64,000 nt of DNA from Deltaproteobacteria bacterium (GTDB taxonomy: Bacteria > Desulfobacterota > GWC2-55-46): contig JACPGB010000024.1 in assembly GCA_016182655.1 (NCBI GenBank), forward strand, positions 30,549-94,548, read 5' to 3'. Below are positions 56,324 to 64,000 of this stretch, piece after piece (position 1 is the first letter of the stretch; every line of letters starts with the position of its first letter). The translations under genes and the position numbers were made by a program. The notes under the pieces were generated by a model. That model did not search any database. It saw nothing but the letters and a program-made list of their open reading frames with translations, and was not told the origin of the DNA.

Positions 56324-56743
56324 TTACTGTTTCGTCGAGCAGTCCCTGCAAACGCCGTGAAAGTCTATGTGGTTGCCCGTGGGAGTGAACTCCTTGATGG
56401 TCTCCTCCGGCAGGGTCAACGCCGCCGAGTAGTCGACGAATATGTCGCCGATCTTGCCGCAGGCCGTGCAGATGATGTGGTGGTGCGGCGACGGGTTCGG
56501 GTCGAAGTGCTTCCTCTCAGGGTCTATCGTAACTTCAAGAAGGTCCCCCCTGTCCCTCAACGCCTGTACGGTGTTATAGACGGTGGCGAACGAGACGGTC
56601 GGGTGCTTCTTCTTTATCTCGATAAAGATGTCCTCGGCGGTCGGATGATCAGTGTTCCCCTCGAGGAACTTGAGTATAGCGAGCCTCTGGGGCGTGAGCT
56701 TGAACCCCTTGCCCTTGTATCTGTCGATTATCTTCCGCACCAT
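56324..56743 (-). CDS. perR: Fur-family regulator, probably PerR
   Basis: Fur fold with HHH and CxxC...CxxC metal sites; adjacent to the peroxiredoxin. Confidence 0.75.
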   Translation of the reverse strand: MVRKIIDRYKGKGFKLTPQRLAILKFLEGNTDHPTAEDIFIEIKKKHPTVSFATVYNTVQALRDRGDLLEVTIDPERKHFDPNPSPHHHIICTACGKIGDIFVDYSAALTLPEETIKEFTPTGNHIDFHGVCRDCSTKQ

Positions 56744-56780
56744 CTCTCCCGCCCCTTTATCAAACGGCCCTCAGTTTAGA

Positions 56781-56816
56781 ATAATTCTATTATAATATAT
56801 TTACCAATCTTGTCAA
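56781..56816 (-). promoter_or_regulatory. Fur/PerR-box-like AT palindrome overlapping a TTGACA-16-TATAAT promoter upstream of perR
   Basis: ATAATTCTATTATAATATAT resembles a Fur/PerR box (TTATAATnATTATAA). Confidence 0.45.
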
Positions 56817-57087
56817 GCGGGAAAGACAGGGCACCCTTTCATCTTACAAATTATTGATTTATAAGGGGTTTTTATGAGGGAATCCGGCGGCAGGGGCGGG
56901 ATATTGTTCAGGAGAAGCACACAAGTACATGCTGACCAGCAGGGCGCGCGAAGGCCCGGAGAGCTCATACCCCGTATTCGGTTTTCACTTGATTTCCGTC
57001 ATGTTAAAGGTAATATCATCATGAGATAATTCATTAAAGGGCCGAATAACGTTTTTCCTCGCGAGAAAAAGATCAAGGAGAATAACA

Positions 57088-57576
57088 ATGCTTTTTTATC
57101 TTATGCACATCATACACATCATTACGGTCATCCTCTGGATAGGCGGGCTCGCCTTCGTCACCATGATAGTCCTACCAATGGCCATAAGCACCCCGGACGC
57201 CCTCCAGAAGGTCCTCACATTCCAGAGGGTCGAACACAGGTTCGCAAAAATAGCCCGCGCCTACAACCTCATAACCGGCATATCCGGTTTCATCATGGTC
57301 TTCCTCATGGGCTGGCATAAACTCCTCTTCACCCGCGCCGGCATCCCGCTCACCTTCATGACCGTCGTCTGGGTATTCTGGTTCGTCATGCTCTTCGGAC
57401 TCGAACCCATAATCATAAGAAAGATGCTCGATAACATGGCCAAGGGCGGCGCAAAGATGGACATAGACGGCGTCTTCAGGAAACTCAACAAGATGCACTA
57501 CTTCATGGTCGCCATCTCCATGGCCGCAGTCATAGCCGGAGTCCTCACCGCCCACGGCCCCGTGGCGCTGTATTAG
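57088..57576 (+). CDS. Membrane protein of unknown function (5 TM)
   Basis: Hydropathy only. Confidence 0.45.
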   Translation: MLFYLMHIIHIITVILWIGGLAFVTMIVLPMAISTPDALQKVLTFQRVEHRFAKIARAYNLITGISGFIMVFLMGWHKLLFTRAGIPLTFMTVVWVFWFVMLFGLEPIIIRKMLDNMAKGGAKMDIDGVFRKLNKMHYFMVAISMAAVIAGVLTAHGPVALY

Positions 57577-57580
57577 ACTA

Positions 57581-57713
57581 CCTCTAAAAATTGTTATTTT
57601 TCCCGATCTCTGCGTCAGGTCGGAAATAAAAATGCTCACATATGTTCCATATATGCTGCGCTTTTTATTTCCGCCCTTCCTTGACCTCAGAAAAAATTCC
57701 TAATTTTTAGAGG
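57581..57713. repeat. MITE-like element, family 1, copy 3
   Basis: Same orientation as, and nearly identical to, the 2364-2497 copy. Confidence 0.85.
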
Positions 57714-57763
57714 TAGCTTAAGTAAAGACCCTTCGGGGTTTATTAAAAAGCCCCAGAATGTCC

Positions 57764-58285
57764 TTACCTATTACGCTCCAGGCCGAGGAGGGTTTTCTTG
57801 ATGGAGAGGCCGCCGGTATAGCCGCCGAGGGTGCCGTCTTTCCGGATTATGCGGTGGCAGGGGATGATGACGGGTATGGGATTTGCGCCGCAGGCCGTGC
57901 CTGCGGCGCGGACTGCCCTGGGGTTGCCGGAGGCATGAGCGAGACCGGCGTAGCTAATGGTCTCTCCGGAGGGCACTGAGGCGATCGCCTTCCATATCTT
58001 TAGCTCAAATTCGGTTCCAAGCGGCGAGAGCGGAAGGTCGAAGGCAAAGGGCTTGCCCGAGAAGTATCTGTCGAGCGCCTTCGCGGCCTTGAATGCGTCC
58101 GGGCCTTTTTTCAAGGCCGCGCCGTACTTTTCTTTCATCCGTTTAAGAAAGGCGACTTCCCCGCCCTTCGGGCTTATGACGAGGTCGGTTATCGCGGCTT
58201 CGGACGCGGCGATGAAGAGCGGCCCCAAAGGGGAGGCGTACTCTATGAAGCTCTCAGGCGGGACATGTTTTTTGAATTCCTTCAT
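57764..58285 (-). CDS. ogt: Methylated-DNA-protein-cysteine methyltransferase
   Basis: IPCHRIIRKDGTLGGY active-site PCHR motif. Confidence 0.85.
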   Translation of the reverse strand: MKEFKKHVPPESFIEYASPLGPLFIAASEAAITDLVISPKGGEVAFLKRMKEKYGAALKKGPDAFKAAKALDRYFSGKPFAFDLPLSPLGTEFELKIWKAIASVPSGETISYAGLAHASGNPRAVRAAGTACGANPIPVIIPCHRIIRKDGTLGGYTGGLSIKKTLLGLERNR

Positions 58286-58315
58286 ATATTAAGCATATGA
58301 TAAAATGAAAGAAAT

Positions 58316-58717
58316 TTGAATCGAAAAGGAGGCTCCATGTTGAAGAAAGTCTCGATCCTCTTTGCGTTCCTCTTTGTCGCACTGTCGTTCCAAAGCGCTT
58401 ACGCCGGACACAAGGTCATAACCGGGCCCGAGCTCGAGGCCATGATGAAGGACGGGCAGCCCGTCGTGATAGTCGATGTCAGAGAGCCCGAGCTCTTTGC
58501 CAAGGGGCATGTCCCCGGCGCGATAAACATCCCGTACGAGGACAACTCGCAGAAGAGGGTATTGAAGGAGCTGAACCCCAAGGACCGCATAGTCTTCATC
58601 TGCCACGGCGGCCCCATGGGCGACGAGCTCGGCGACATACTTGTGAATAACGGATACAAAAGCGTCTACAACGTCGCCGGCGGCATGAGAAAGTGGAAAG
58701 GGCCGTACGCAAAATAA
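58316..58717 (+). CDS. Periplasmic single-domain rhodanese (sulfurtransferase)
   Basis: Signal peptide; rhodanese active-site loop FICHGGPMG; GHVPGAINIP. Confidence 0.8.
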   Translation: MNRKGGSMLKKVSILFAFLFVALSFQSAYAGHKVITGPELEAMMKDGQPVVIVDVREPELFAKGHVPGAINIPYEDNSQKRVLKELNPKDRIVFICHGGPMGDELGDILVNNGYKSVYNVAGGMRKWKGPYAK

Positions 58718-58756
58718 ATTAATTACCTGCCAGCGATAAGCGCGGGCTGGCCAACT

Positions 58757-58890
58757 TTTTAAAAAAAATTAGATATTTTTTTCTGAGGTCAAGGAAGGGC
58801 GGAAAATAAAAAGCGCAGCATATATGTTAATATGTGAGCAGTTTTATTTCCGACCTGACGCAGAGATCAGAAAAAATGGCAATTTTTTTA
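58757..58890. repeat. MITE-like element, family 1, copy 4 (inverted, degenerate termini)
   Basis: Homologous to 24561-24692; abuts the ATG of the next gene. Confidence 0.8.
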
Positions 58891-59291
58891 TGAACCTCAA
58901 GCTCGCCATCCTCACCTGGGTCCTAATGGTGCTGTTCGCCATAGGAAACGGCGTATTCGCCGAGTTCGTGCTGGCAAAGGCGCTCGGCGCGTACCCCGTC
59001 CATCTCTACAAGAGCATCCTCGCGATAGCCGTCATCTTCATCGCGTCGCGCATGTACCTTAAGTACGCGTACCCCGACGGCCCGACGCTCCGCGCCGCCG
59101 TCTATACCGGGCTCCTCTGGTGCGCCTCATCCATCGTCTTCGAGTTCGGCTTCGGCCACTTCGTCGTGGGTCTCCCGATGGAGCGGCTCGTCGCGGACTA
59201 TAGGATTTGGGAAGGCAGGCTCTGGTCGCTTGTCCTCGCCTCCGAGCTCCTTTTCCCCGTGCTCAACTTCTTCCTCTCATACAAGGATTAG
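58890..59291 (+). CDS. Small membrane protein (4 TM), unknown function
   Basis: The ORF track starts at 58824, inside the MITE. The likely true start is MNLKLAILTW at 58890. Confidence 0.45.
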   Translation: MNLKLAILTWVLMVLFAIGNGVFAEFVLAKALGAYPVHLYKSILAIAVIFIASRMYLKYAYPDGPTLRAAVYTGLLWCASSIVFEFGFGHFVVGLPMERLVADYRIWEGRLWSLVLASELLFPVLNFFLSYKD

Positions 59292-59348
59292 CCGAGCGTC
59301 CGCTTCACAAACCCGATATCTCTGGCAGACTAATAAGGATGAAAACTC

Positions 59349-60572
59349 TTGAGGACGGGCCCTATGGCGTCCAATGAACCCAGGCACATCCTTACCGTAA
59401 ACAGCGGCTCCTCCTCCATAAAATTTTCGCTCTACCACATAGGGCTCTACGGGTACGAGGGGCTTAAACTCTCCGGCAGGCTCGAAAGGATCGGGCTTGA
59501 GGGCGGTATTTTCATCGCCCGCGACGCCGGTGGAAAGACGGTCAAGGAGGAGAGGACCGGTCTACCCGGCCACGATGCGGCCTTGAAACTCCTTTTGGAG
59601 TGGCTCTCGACCGTCCCCGAAGGGGAGCGGATCGACGCCGTCGGCCACAGGGTCGTCCACGGCGGCGTAAAATACAGCAGGACCCAGGTCATAGACGAGG
59701 AACTTCTCGATACCCTCCGGGCGCTCGTCCCGTTCGCGCCCGAGCACCTGCCTCACGAGATAAAGGCGATAGAGGCGGTCTCGAGGTGCTTCCCGGATAT
59801 AATGCAGGCGGCGTGTTTCGACACCGCCTTTCACAGGAACATGCCCGAGGTCGCGAAGGTCTACGGCCTGCCCGCGCGCCTTCGTGACGAAGGTGTCGTC
59901 AGGTACGGCTTCCACGGCCTCTCGTACGAATATATCCTTGGCGAGCTCAAGGAATCGGCGGGAGAGAAGGTGGCTTCCGGCCGCGTCGTCATAGCCCATC
60001 TCGGGAACGGCGCCTCGATGGCCGCCGTGAATAACGGGAGGCCCGTTGACACCACCATGGGTTTTACGCCCTCGGGCGGCCTCGTCATGTCGACGAGGCC
60101 GGGAGACCTCGACCCCGGGGTCGTCGTATATCTCGTCAGGGAAAAGGGCATGGACGCCGAGGAACTCTCGGAGCTTCTGGACCACAAGTCCGGGCTCCTG
60201 GGTCTCTCCGGCATAAGCCCGGACATGAGAGACCTTTTATCCAAGGTCGACGACGAGCCTCGGGCGGCGCTCGCCGTGGAGCTATTCTGCTATCAGGCAA
60301 GGAAGTCTCTCGGTGCGCTCGCGGCAGTCCTCGGAGGCATTGACACGCTCGTCTTTACCGGCGGCATAGGGGAGAACTCGCCGGAAGTAAGGGAGCGGAT
60401 ATGCAGGGACCTCGAATTTCTGGGAATCGCGCTCGACGCGAAGAAAAACGGCGCGAACGCGCCGGTCATTTCGCACTACAAGAGCCATGTGGTCGTGCGT
60501 GTCATTAAAACGAACGAAGAGGTGATGATCGCAAGGCACACGGTGAGATTGCTCGGAGAGGGGGTGCCCTGA
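59349..60572 (+). CDS. ackA: Acetate (propionate) kinase
   Basis: ILTVNSGSSSIKFSLY, VGHRVVHGG and GFHGLSYEY motifs. Confidence 0.85.
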   Translation: MRTGPMASNEPRHILTVNSGSSSIKFSLYHIGLYGYEGLKLSGRLERIGLEGGIFIARDAGGKTVKEERTGLPGHDAALKLLLEWLSTVPEGERIDAVGHRVVHGGVKYSRTQVIDEELLDTLRALVPFAPEHLPHEIKAIEAVSRCFPDIMQAACFDTAFHRNMPEVAKVYGLPARLRDEGVVRYGFHGLSYEYILGELKESAGEKVASGRVVIAHLGNGASMAAVNNGRPVDTTMGFTPSGGLVMSTRPGDLDPGVVVYLVREKGMDAEELSELLDHKSGLLGLSGISPDMRDLLSKVDDEPRAALAVELFCYQARKSLGALAAVLGGIDTLVFTGGIGENSPEVRERICRDLEFLGIALDAKKNGANAPVISHYKSHVVVRVIKTNEEVMIARHTVRLLGEGVP

Positions 60573-60732
60573 CGGGGGAAATTTTCTATTGCGGGTTTTA
60601 GGTTTGTAACCTGATCGAGACCCATATGCGCTTCTGCCTAAAGCCTTTTTGCGCGCTCCGCGCGCTTTCGGCGATGGCTCCGAGCGCTTTCCTCCTCCCC
60701 CGCTCGGCGCGGGCCCAATTCAAATCGGGTAT

Positions 60733-61087
60733 ATTATATCTAACCTAAGCACAGCCGTCCGATACGGATATGCCCGTCCGGCCAGGACCGTTCGCTCGCC
60801 CCCCGAGCGCTTCGCGTCTATCCTCCCCCGGCTCGCTCGCCCCAGCCGCCCTGAGGCGCTCTCCGCCATGCGCCCGGGTGTTGGTAAGACAGAACAAAAA
60901 CAAAATTCTTTTTTCGTTTTTCAAAACCCCCCAGGCATGGGGTGAGCGACCTTAAGGGAGGACGCCGTATCGCGAAGCGTGAGCGTCCGGGGAAGTAAAA
61001 AGGCGCGACAGCTTACTCAGGGGCGAGCGGTCCTCGCCGGACTGGCAAATCCGTATCGGACAACTGTGCTTAATGTAGACTTAAGCC
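60733..61087. repeat. Non-coding element bounded by ~65-bp imperfect inverted repeats (TAAGCACAGCCGTCCGATACGGATATGCC.../...GGCAAATCCGTATCGGACAACTGTGCTTA); MITE-like family 4
   Basis: Seen directly in the sequence. Its internal segment shares GGCGCTCTCCGCCATGCGCCCG.GTGTT with 18370-18400. Confidence 0.65.
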
Positions 61088-61219
61088 CCATGCCGAAAAA
61101 AAGCCCGGCAGGGCGCAAAAGAAGCAGAATGTTCGTATAGCCAATACAGGCGCTATCGAGTTGCAAACCTGAACCCGCAAATGAACTACCCCGCCGCAAG
61201 CAGCGGGTATCTTCTAATA

Positions 61220-61392
61220 CCTCCCCTCCCTCGATGGGAGGGGACTGAGGGGAGGGTGACTGCTCGGCGCAGGGCCAAAGTCACCCGGAGCCCCACTGGA
61301 TAACATGAGCCCCGGATGTTGGCTACGGATTTGCCCGCCCGGCCAGGGCTTCACCCCCACCCCGGCCCTCCCCCATCAAGGGGGAGGGAGTG
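61220..61392. repeat. Family 3 repeat, long form, copy D
   Basis: Near-identical to 37903-38060. Confidence 0.8.
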
Positions 61393-61440
61393 AAAAAACG
61401 CGGCAAGCCGCGGAGTATTTAACTCTAAAGAGAGAATAAA

Positions 61441-61470
61441 AAAACACCCCGCTCACGCGGGGTGTTTTCA
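61441..61470 (-). terminator. Intrinsic terminator of the M23 peptidase gene (CACCCCGCGTGAGCGGGGTG plus U7 on the minus strand)
   Basis: Perfect stem with a T-run on the minus strand. Confidence 0.7.
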
Positions 61471-61503
61471 TTCCCAAAAAACCAATAAGCTCTCGCGCCC
61501 CTT

Positions 61504-62880
61504 CTAAATCCCCTTTGCCGACGCAGTCTTCTCCACGCGCCCCTTCGACGCGGTTATTGTGATATCTCCCGAGAGCTTCCCTGCGACTTCGTCCTTTATC
61601 GCCGCGAAGCGCTGTTTTTCCTTCTTCGAGATCGCGCGGTCGGAGATGGCCTTGATGGAGAGCGGATTTATTAGGCTCTTACCGAGGTGCACCTCATAGT
61701 GGAGGTGCGGCCCCGTAGATATGCCGGTCGAGCCGACGAAGCCTATCACCGAGCCCTGGTCTACCTTTGAGCCGGTCCTCACCCCTTTGGCTATCCTGGA
61801 TAAATGGCCGTAGGCGGTCGAGTAGTTGTTGTTGTGCTTTATCATGACGAAGTTACCGTAGCCGCCCTTCCACCCGGCGTATACGACCCTGCCGCTTCCG
61901 GCGGACTCGATAGGCGTGCCGGTCGGCGCGGCGTAGTCGATGCCGTGGTGCGGCCTGTACCTTTTAAGTATCGGGTGGAACCTGCCCTTCGAGAAGTGGC
62001 TCGTGATCCTCCTGAACCGCAAGGGCGACTTAAGGAGCGTCCTTCTTAACGACCTCCCCTCGGCGTCGTAGTAGCTCCCGCCGTCGGCGCCCTCGAACCA
62101 ATAGGCCGTGTATTTCTTGCCGTCGTTCACCATCTCGGCCCCGAGGATGCGCCCGGTCTTACGCGGGGCGCCGTCGATATAGAGGGCCTCCGCCAATATG
62201 CTGAACGAGTCGCCCTTTCTGATGTCGGATGCGAAGTCCACGTCCCACGCGAATATGTCCGAGAGGGCCATTATAGCCTGGGGGTCGGCCCCGGCCTTTA
62301 TGCCGTCCTCGTATAAAGAGTTCTCTATCGTCCCGGAGATGACCGTCTCCATCATCTCGTGCGGGAGCTCGGCCTTTGTCGCCTTGAACGAGTCTTCGCC
62401 GTCCCTCTCGACCAGAAGGGTCGCTACGTCGCTGTATCTGTACTCTATCTTATCGAGCAGGTCGTCTTTGGTGAAGACGCGGAGCACCGTGTCCTTTTTA
62501 AGGTGCTTGAGGTCGTATATCTGCCTGGCCGCCTCCCTTACCTCCTCGGCCTCGGTCCCCGGCACGTTCAACACCGACATTATCTGGTAGAAGGTGTTCT
62601 TATCCGAGAGCCTGAAGTCGTAGCGCGAGACAAGGGGCTTCTCCTCGACCGCTTCGGCGGCAGTTGGCGCGGGCGCCTTTATTATGGCACCGGTGTTGTC
62701 TTTGTTGGATGATGCTTCGGGGCTCAGGAAGAATATTATCGTCAGAAAGAGGGCGACGCCCGAGAGCGCCGCGATGATGAGGGGCCTCAGATCCTTGCGC
62801 GTCTTTTGAACGTCAAGAACGCTGTTTTTTTCCATCCGTCCTCCTCCTTTTTCAGGTGAGTCCTCACGGTGTGATGTCAA
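61504..62880 (-). CDS. M23-family metalloendopeptidase (MepM/NlpD-like) with N-terminal anchor
   Basis: HHGIDYAAP...GSTGISTGPHLHYEV shows the HxxxD and HxH zinc motifs. TM segment near the N-terminus. Start may be MEKNS at about 62835. Confidence 0.8.
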   Translation of the reverse strand: MTSHREDSPEKGGGRMEKNSVLDVQKTRKDLRPLIIAALSGVALFLTIIFFLSPEASSNKDNTGAIIKAPAPTAAEAVEEKPLVSRYDFRLSDKNTFYQIMSVLNVPGTEAEEVREAARQIYDLKHLKKDTVLRVFTKDDLLDKIEYRYSDVATLLVERDGEDSFKATKAELPHEMMETVISGTIENSLYEDGIKAGADPQAIMALSDIFAWDVDFASDIRKGDSFSILAEALYIDGAPRKTGRILGAEMVNDGKKYTAYWFEGADGGSYYDAEGRSLRRTLLKSPLRFRRITSHFSKGRFHPILKRYRPHHGIDYAAPTGTPIESAGSGRVVYAGWKGGYGNFVMIKHNNNYSTAYGHLSRIAKGVRTGSKVDQGSVIGFVGSTGISTGPHLHYEVHLGKSLINPLSIKAISDRAISKKEKQRFAAIKDEVAGKLSGDITITASKGRVEKTASAKGI

Positions 62881-63052
62881 GGCGTTTTCCAGTCCCTCCG
62901 GTTTTCAGCTTCTAAGGTATTTTCCTGCAAATCTTATTAGAAAAGGGCGTAAGCTGTCAAGGATTTGTTTCCGTTTTTCAGAGAAATTTCGCGGCTGTGA
63001 CAAGGGCTCTTGACTTATTCGCTCCCTCGCAGTAATCTTTTTCCGGGACGAT

Positions 63053-64000
63053 ATGCCGGAAGAACAAAAAACCCTGACCCCTGCCCTAAGCAGGGACAAA
63101 AAGGCCAGGATACTCGTCGCTGACGACGACAAGTTCTACCTGGAGGTCTTCTCCGACCTCATACGGGAGCTCGGCCATGATTTCGCGACCGCCGAGAACG
63201 GGCTCGAGGCTATCGAAAAGGTCCGCTCCTTTCAGCCCGACCTCCTCATCATCGACGTCGTCATGCCGGGCATGACCGGGTTCGAGGTGACGGGGAGACT
63301 CCGCGAAGACCCGCTCACCATGCACATCCCCGTAATGATCGTCACCTCTCTCTCGGACAAGGACTCAAAGATAAAAGGCCTACTTAACGGCGCGGACGAG
63401 CTCCTCTGCAAGCCCGTGGACGAAAACGAGTTCCGCGTAAGGATCAGGAACCTCCTCAAGGTAAAGAAGTACGAGGACTTCCTCGTGGAGCACGGCAAAC
63501 AGCTCGAGGGCGAGGTCATAGACAAGAGCGTGCAGCTGGAGCGCGCCTTCGAGAAGATCAGGAACGGCTACATCGAGACCGTCTACAGGTTGACGCTCGC
63601 GGCCGAATCCCGCGACAAGGAGACCGGCGGCCACATAAAGAGGATCAGCCTGTATTCCCAGCTCCTCGCCAGATACCTGGGGCTAAAGGAGCCCGAGGTC
63701 GAGGCGATATTCTTCGCCTCCCCCATGCACGACATAGGAAAGATCGGCATACCGGACTCCATTCTCCTTAAAAAAGGCGGGCACACGAAAGAGGAGTCCG
63801 AGGTGATGCGGACTCACACCATAATAGGCGCGAACATATTGAAGGGGTCGGATTCCGAGATATTGAAGGCCGCCGAGGAGATAGCCCTTAACCACCACGA
63901 GAGCTGGAACGGGGCCGGCTACCCGCGCGCGATAAAGGGCGAGGAGATACCGATATCCGGGAGGATCGTGAACATAGTCGACATCTACGACGCGCTCCGC
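63053..64000 (+). CDS. Response regulator with HD-GYP phosphodiesterase domain, 3'-partial
   Basis: REC domain (ILVADDD...DVVMPGMTG) then HD-GYP (HDIGKIGIPD...GYP). Runs off the window end. Confidence 0.8.
   Translation, partial: MPEEQKTLTPALSRDKKARILVADDDKFYLEVFSDLIRELGHDFATAENGLEAIEKVRSFQPDLLIIDVVMPGMTGFEVTGRLREDPLTMHIPVMIVTSLSDKDSKIKGLLNGADELLCKPVDENEFRVRIRNLLKVKKYEDFLVEHGKQLEGEVIDKSVQLERAFEKIRNGYIETVYRLTLAAESRDKETGGHIKRISLYSQLLARYLGLKEPEVEAIFFASPMHDIGKIGIPDSILLKKGGHTKEESEVMRTHTIIGANILKGSDSEILKAAEEIALNHHESWNGAGYPRAIKGEEIPISGRIVNIVDIYDALR

Noticed and set aside
58824-58889. ORF-track start (MLICEQFYF...) for the 58824-59291 gene
   Set aside because: These codons lie inside the MITE copy. 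The hydrophobic protein begins at the ATG at 58890.
59562-60244. Minus-strand ORFs of 207 and 127 aa
   Set aside because: Antisense to ackA, which has clear kinase motifs.
2364-61392. Considered whether the interspersed repeats form a CRISPR array
   Set aside because: Copies are tens of kb apart, of different families, palindromic, and not separated by regular spacers. No cas genes are present.

Overview
High-GC bacterial chromosomal window with an anaerobe-like gene content: radical-SAM and Fe-S proteins, an anaerobic cbi cobalamin pathway, a bc1 complex, PerR with a peroxiredoxin, and c-di-GMP and c-di-AMP enzymes. Read from translations and motifs only; no database search was possible.

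Gene content in order:
- Start of window: a 5'-partial class II (B12-dependent) ribonucleotide reductase nrdJ (-), then a DUF190–crcB (fluoride channel) pair.
- A complete tol-pal cluster (tolQ-tolR-tolA-tolB-pal-cpoB), followed by a receiver-GGDEF regulator.
- A ~1.9 kb low-GC islet next to a degenerate tRNA-like gene, carrying decayed small genes.
- DUF362 Fe-S protein, a DUF3047-like secreted protein, a ~1100-aa AsmA-family protein, a SAM methyltransferase, and an acyltransferase-3.
- ccsA-queE-Lon-like protease, a CDF metal exporter, and modABC preceded by a candidate Moco riboswitch and a PAS histidine kinase.
- A ~14 kb minus-strand cobalamin (cbi) cluster: cobalamin riboswitch with terminator, cbiX-cbiC fusion, cbiM(N), cbiQ, cbiO, an OprB-family porin, cbtB and a cbtA-like gene, cbiD, cbiET, cbiL, cbiF, vanZ, a creatininase-family gene, cbiG, cbiH and deoB.
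- A DAC-domain (c-di-AMP synthase) protein and a TrmJ-like methyltransferase.
- A five-gene cassette that resembles a divergent Fap-type functional-amyloid export system: three paralogous Ser/Ala/Asn/Gly-rich secreted repeat proteins, a periplasmic C39 peptidase, and an outer-membrane barrel with an N-terminal coiled coil.
- The bc1 operon (Rieske protein, cytochrome b, cytochrome c1), a group-2 sigma factor, a peroxiredoxin and perR, ogt, a rhodanese, ackA, an M23 peptidase, and a 3'-partial receiver-HD-GYP regulator.

Intergenic space is saturated with at least four unrelated families of MITE-like palindromic repeats. One is a 133-bp element present in four copies. No transposase, integrase or CRISPR array was seen.

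The most interesting candidates are the Fap-like secretion cassette, whose substrates carry a double-glycine-like motif directly after a Sec signal peptide, and the unusually organised cbi locus.
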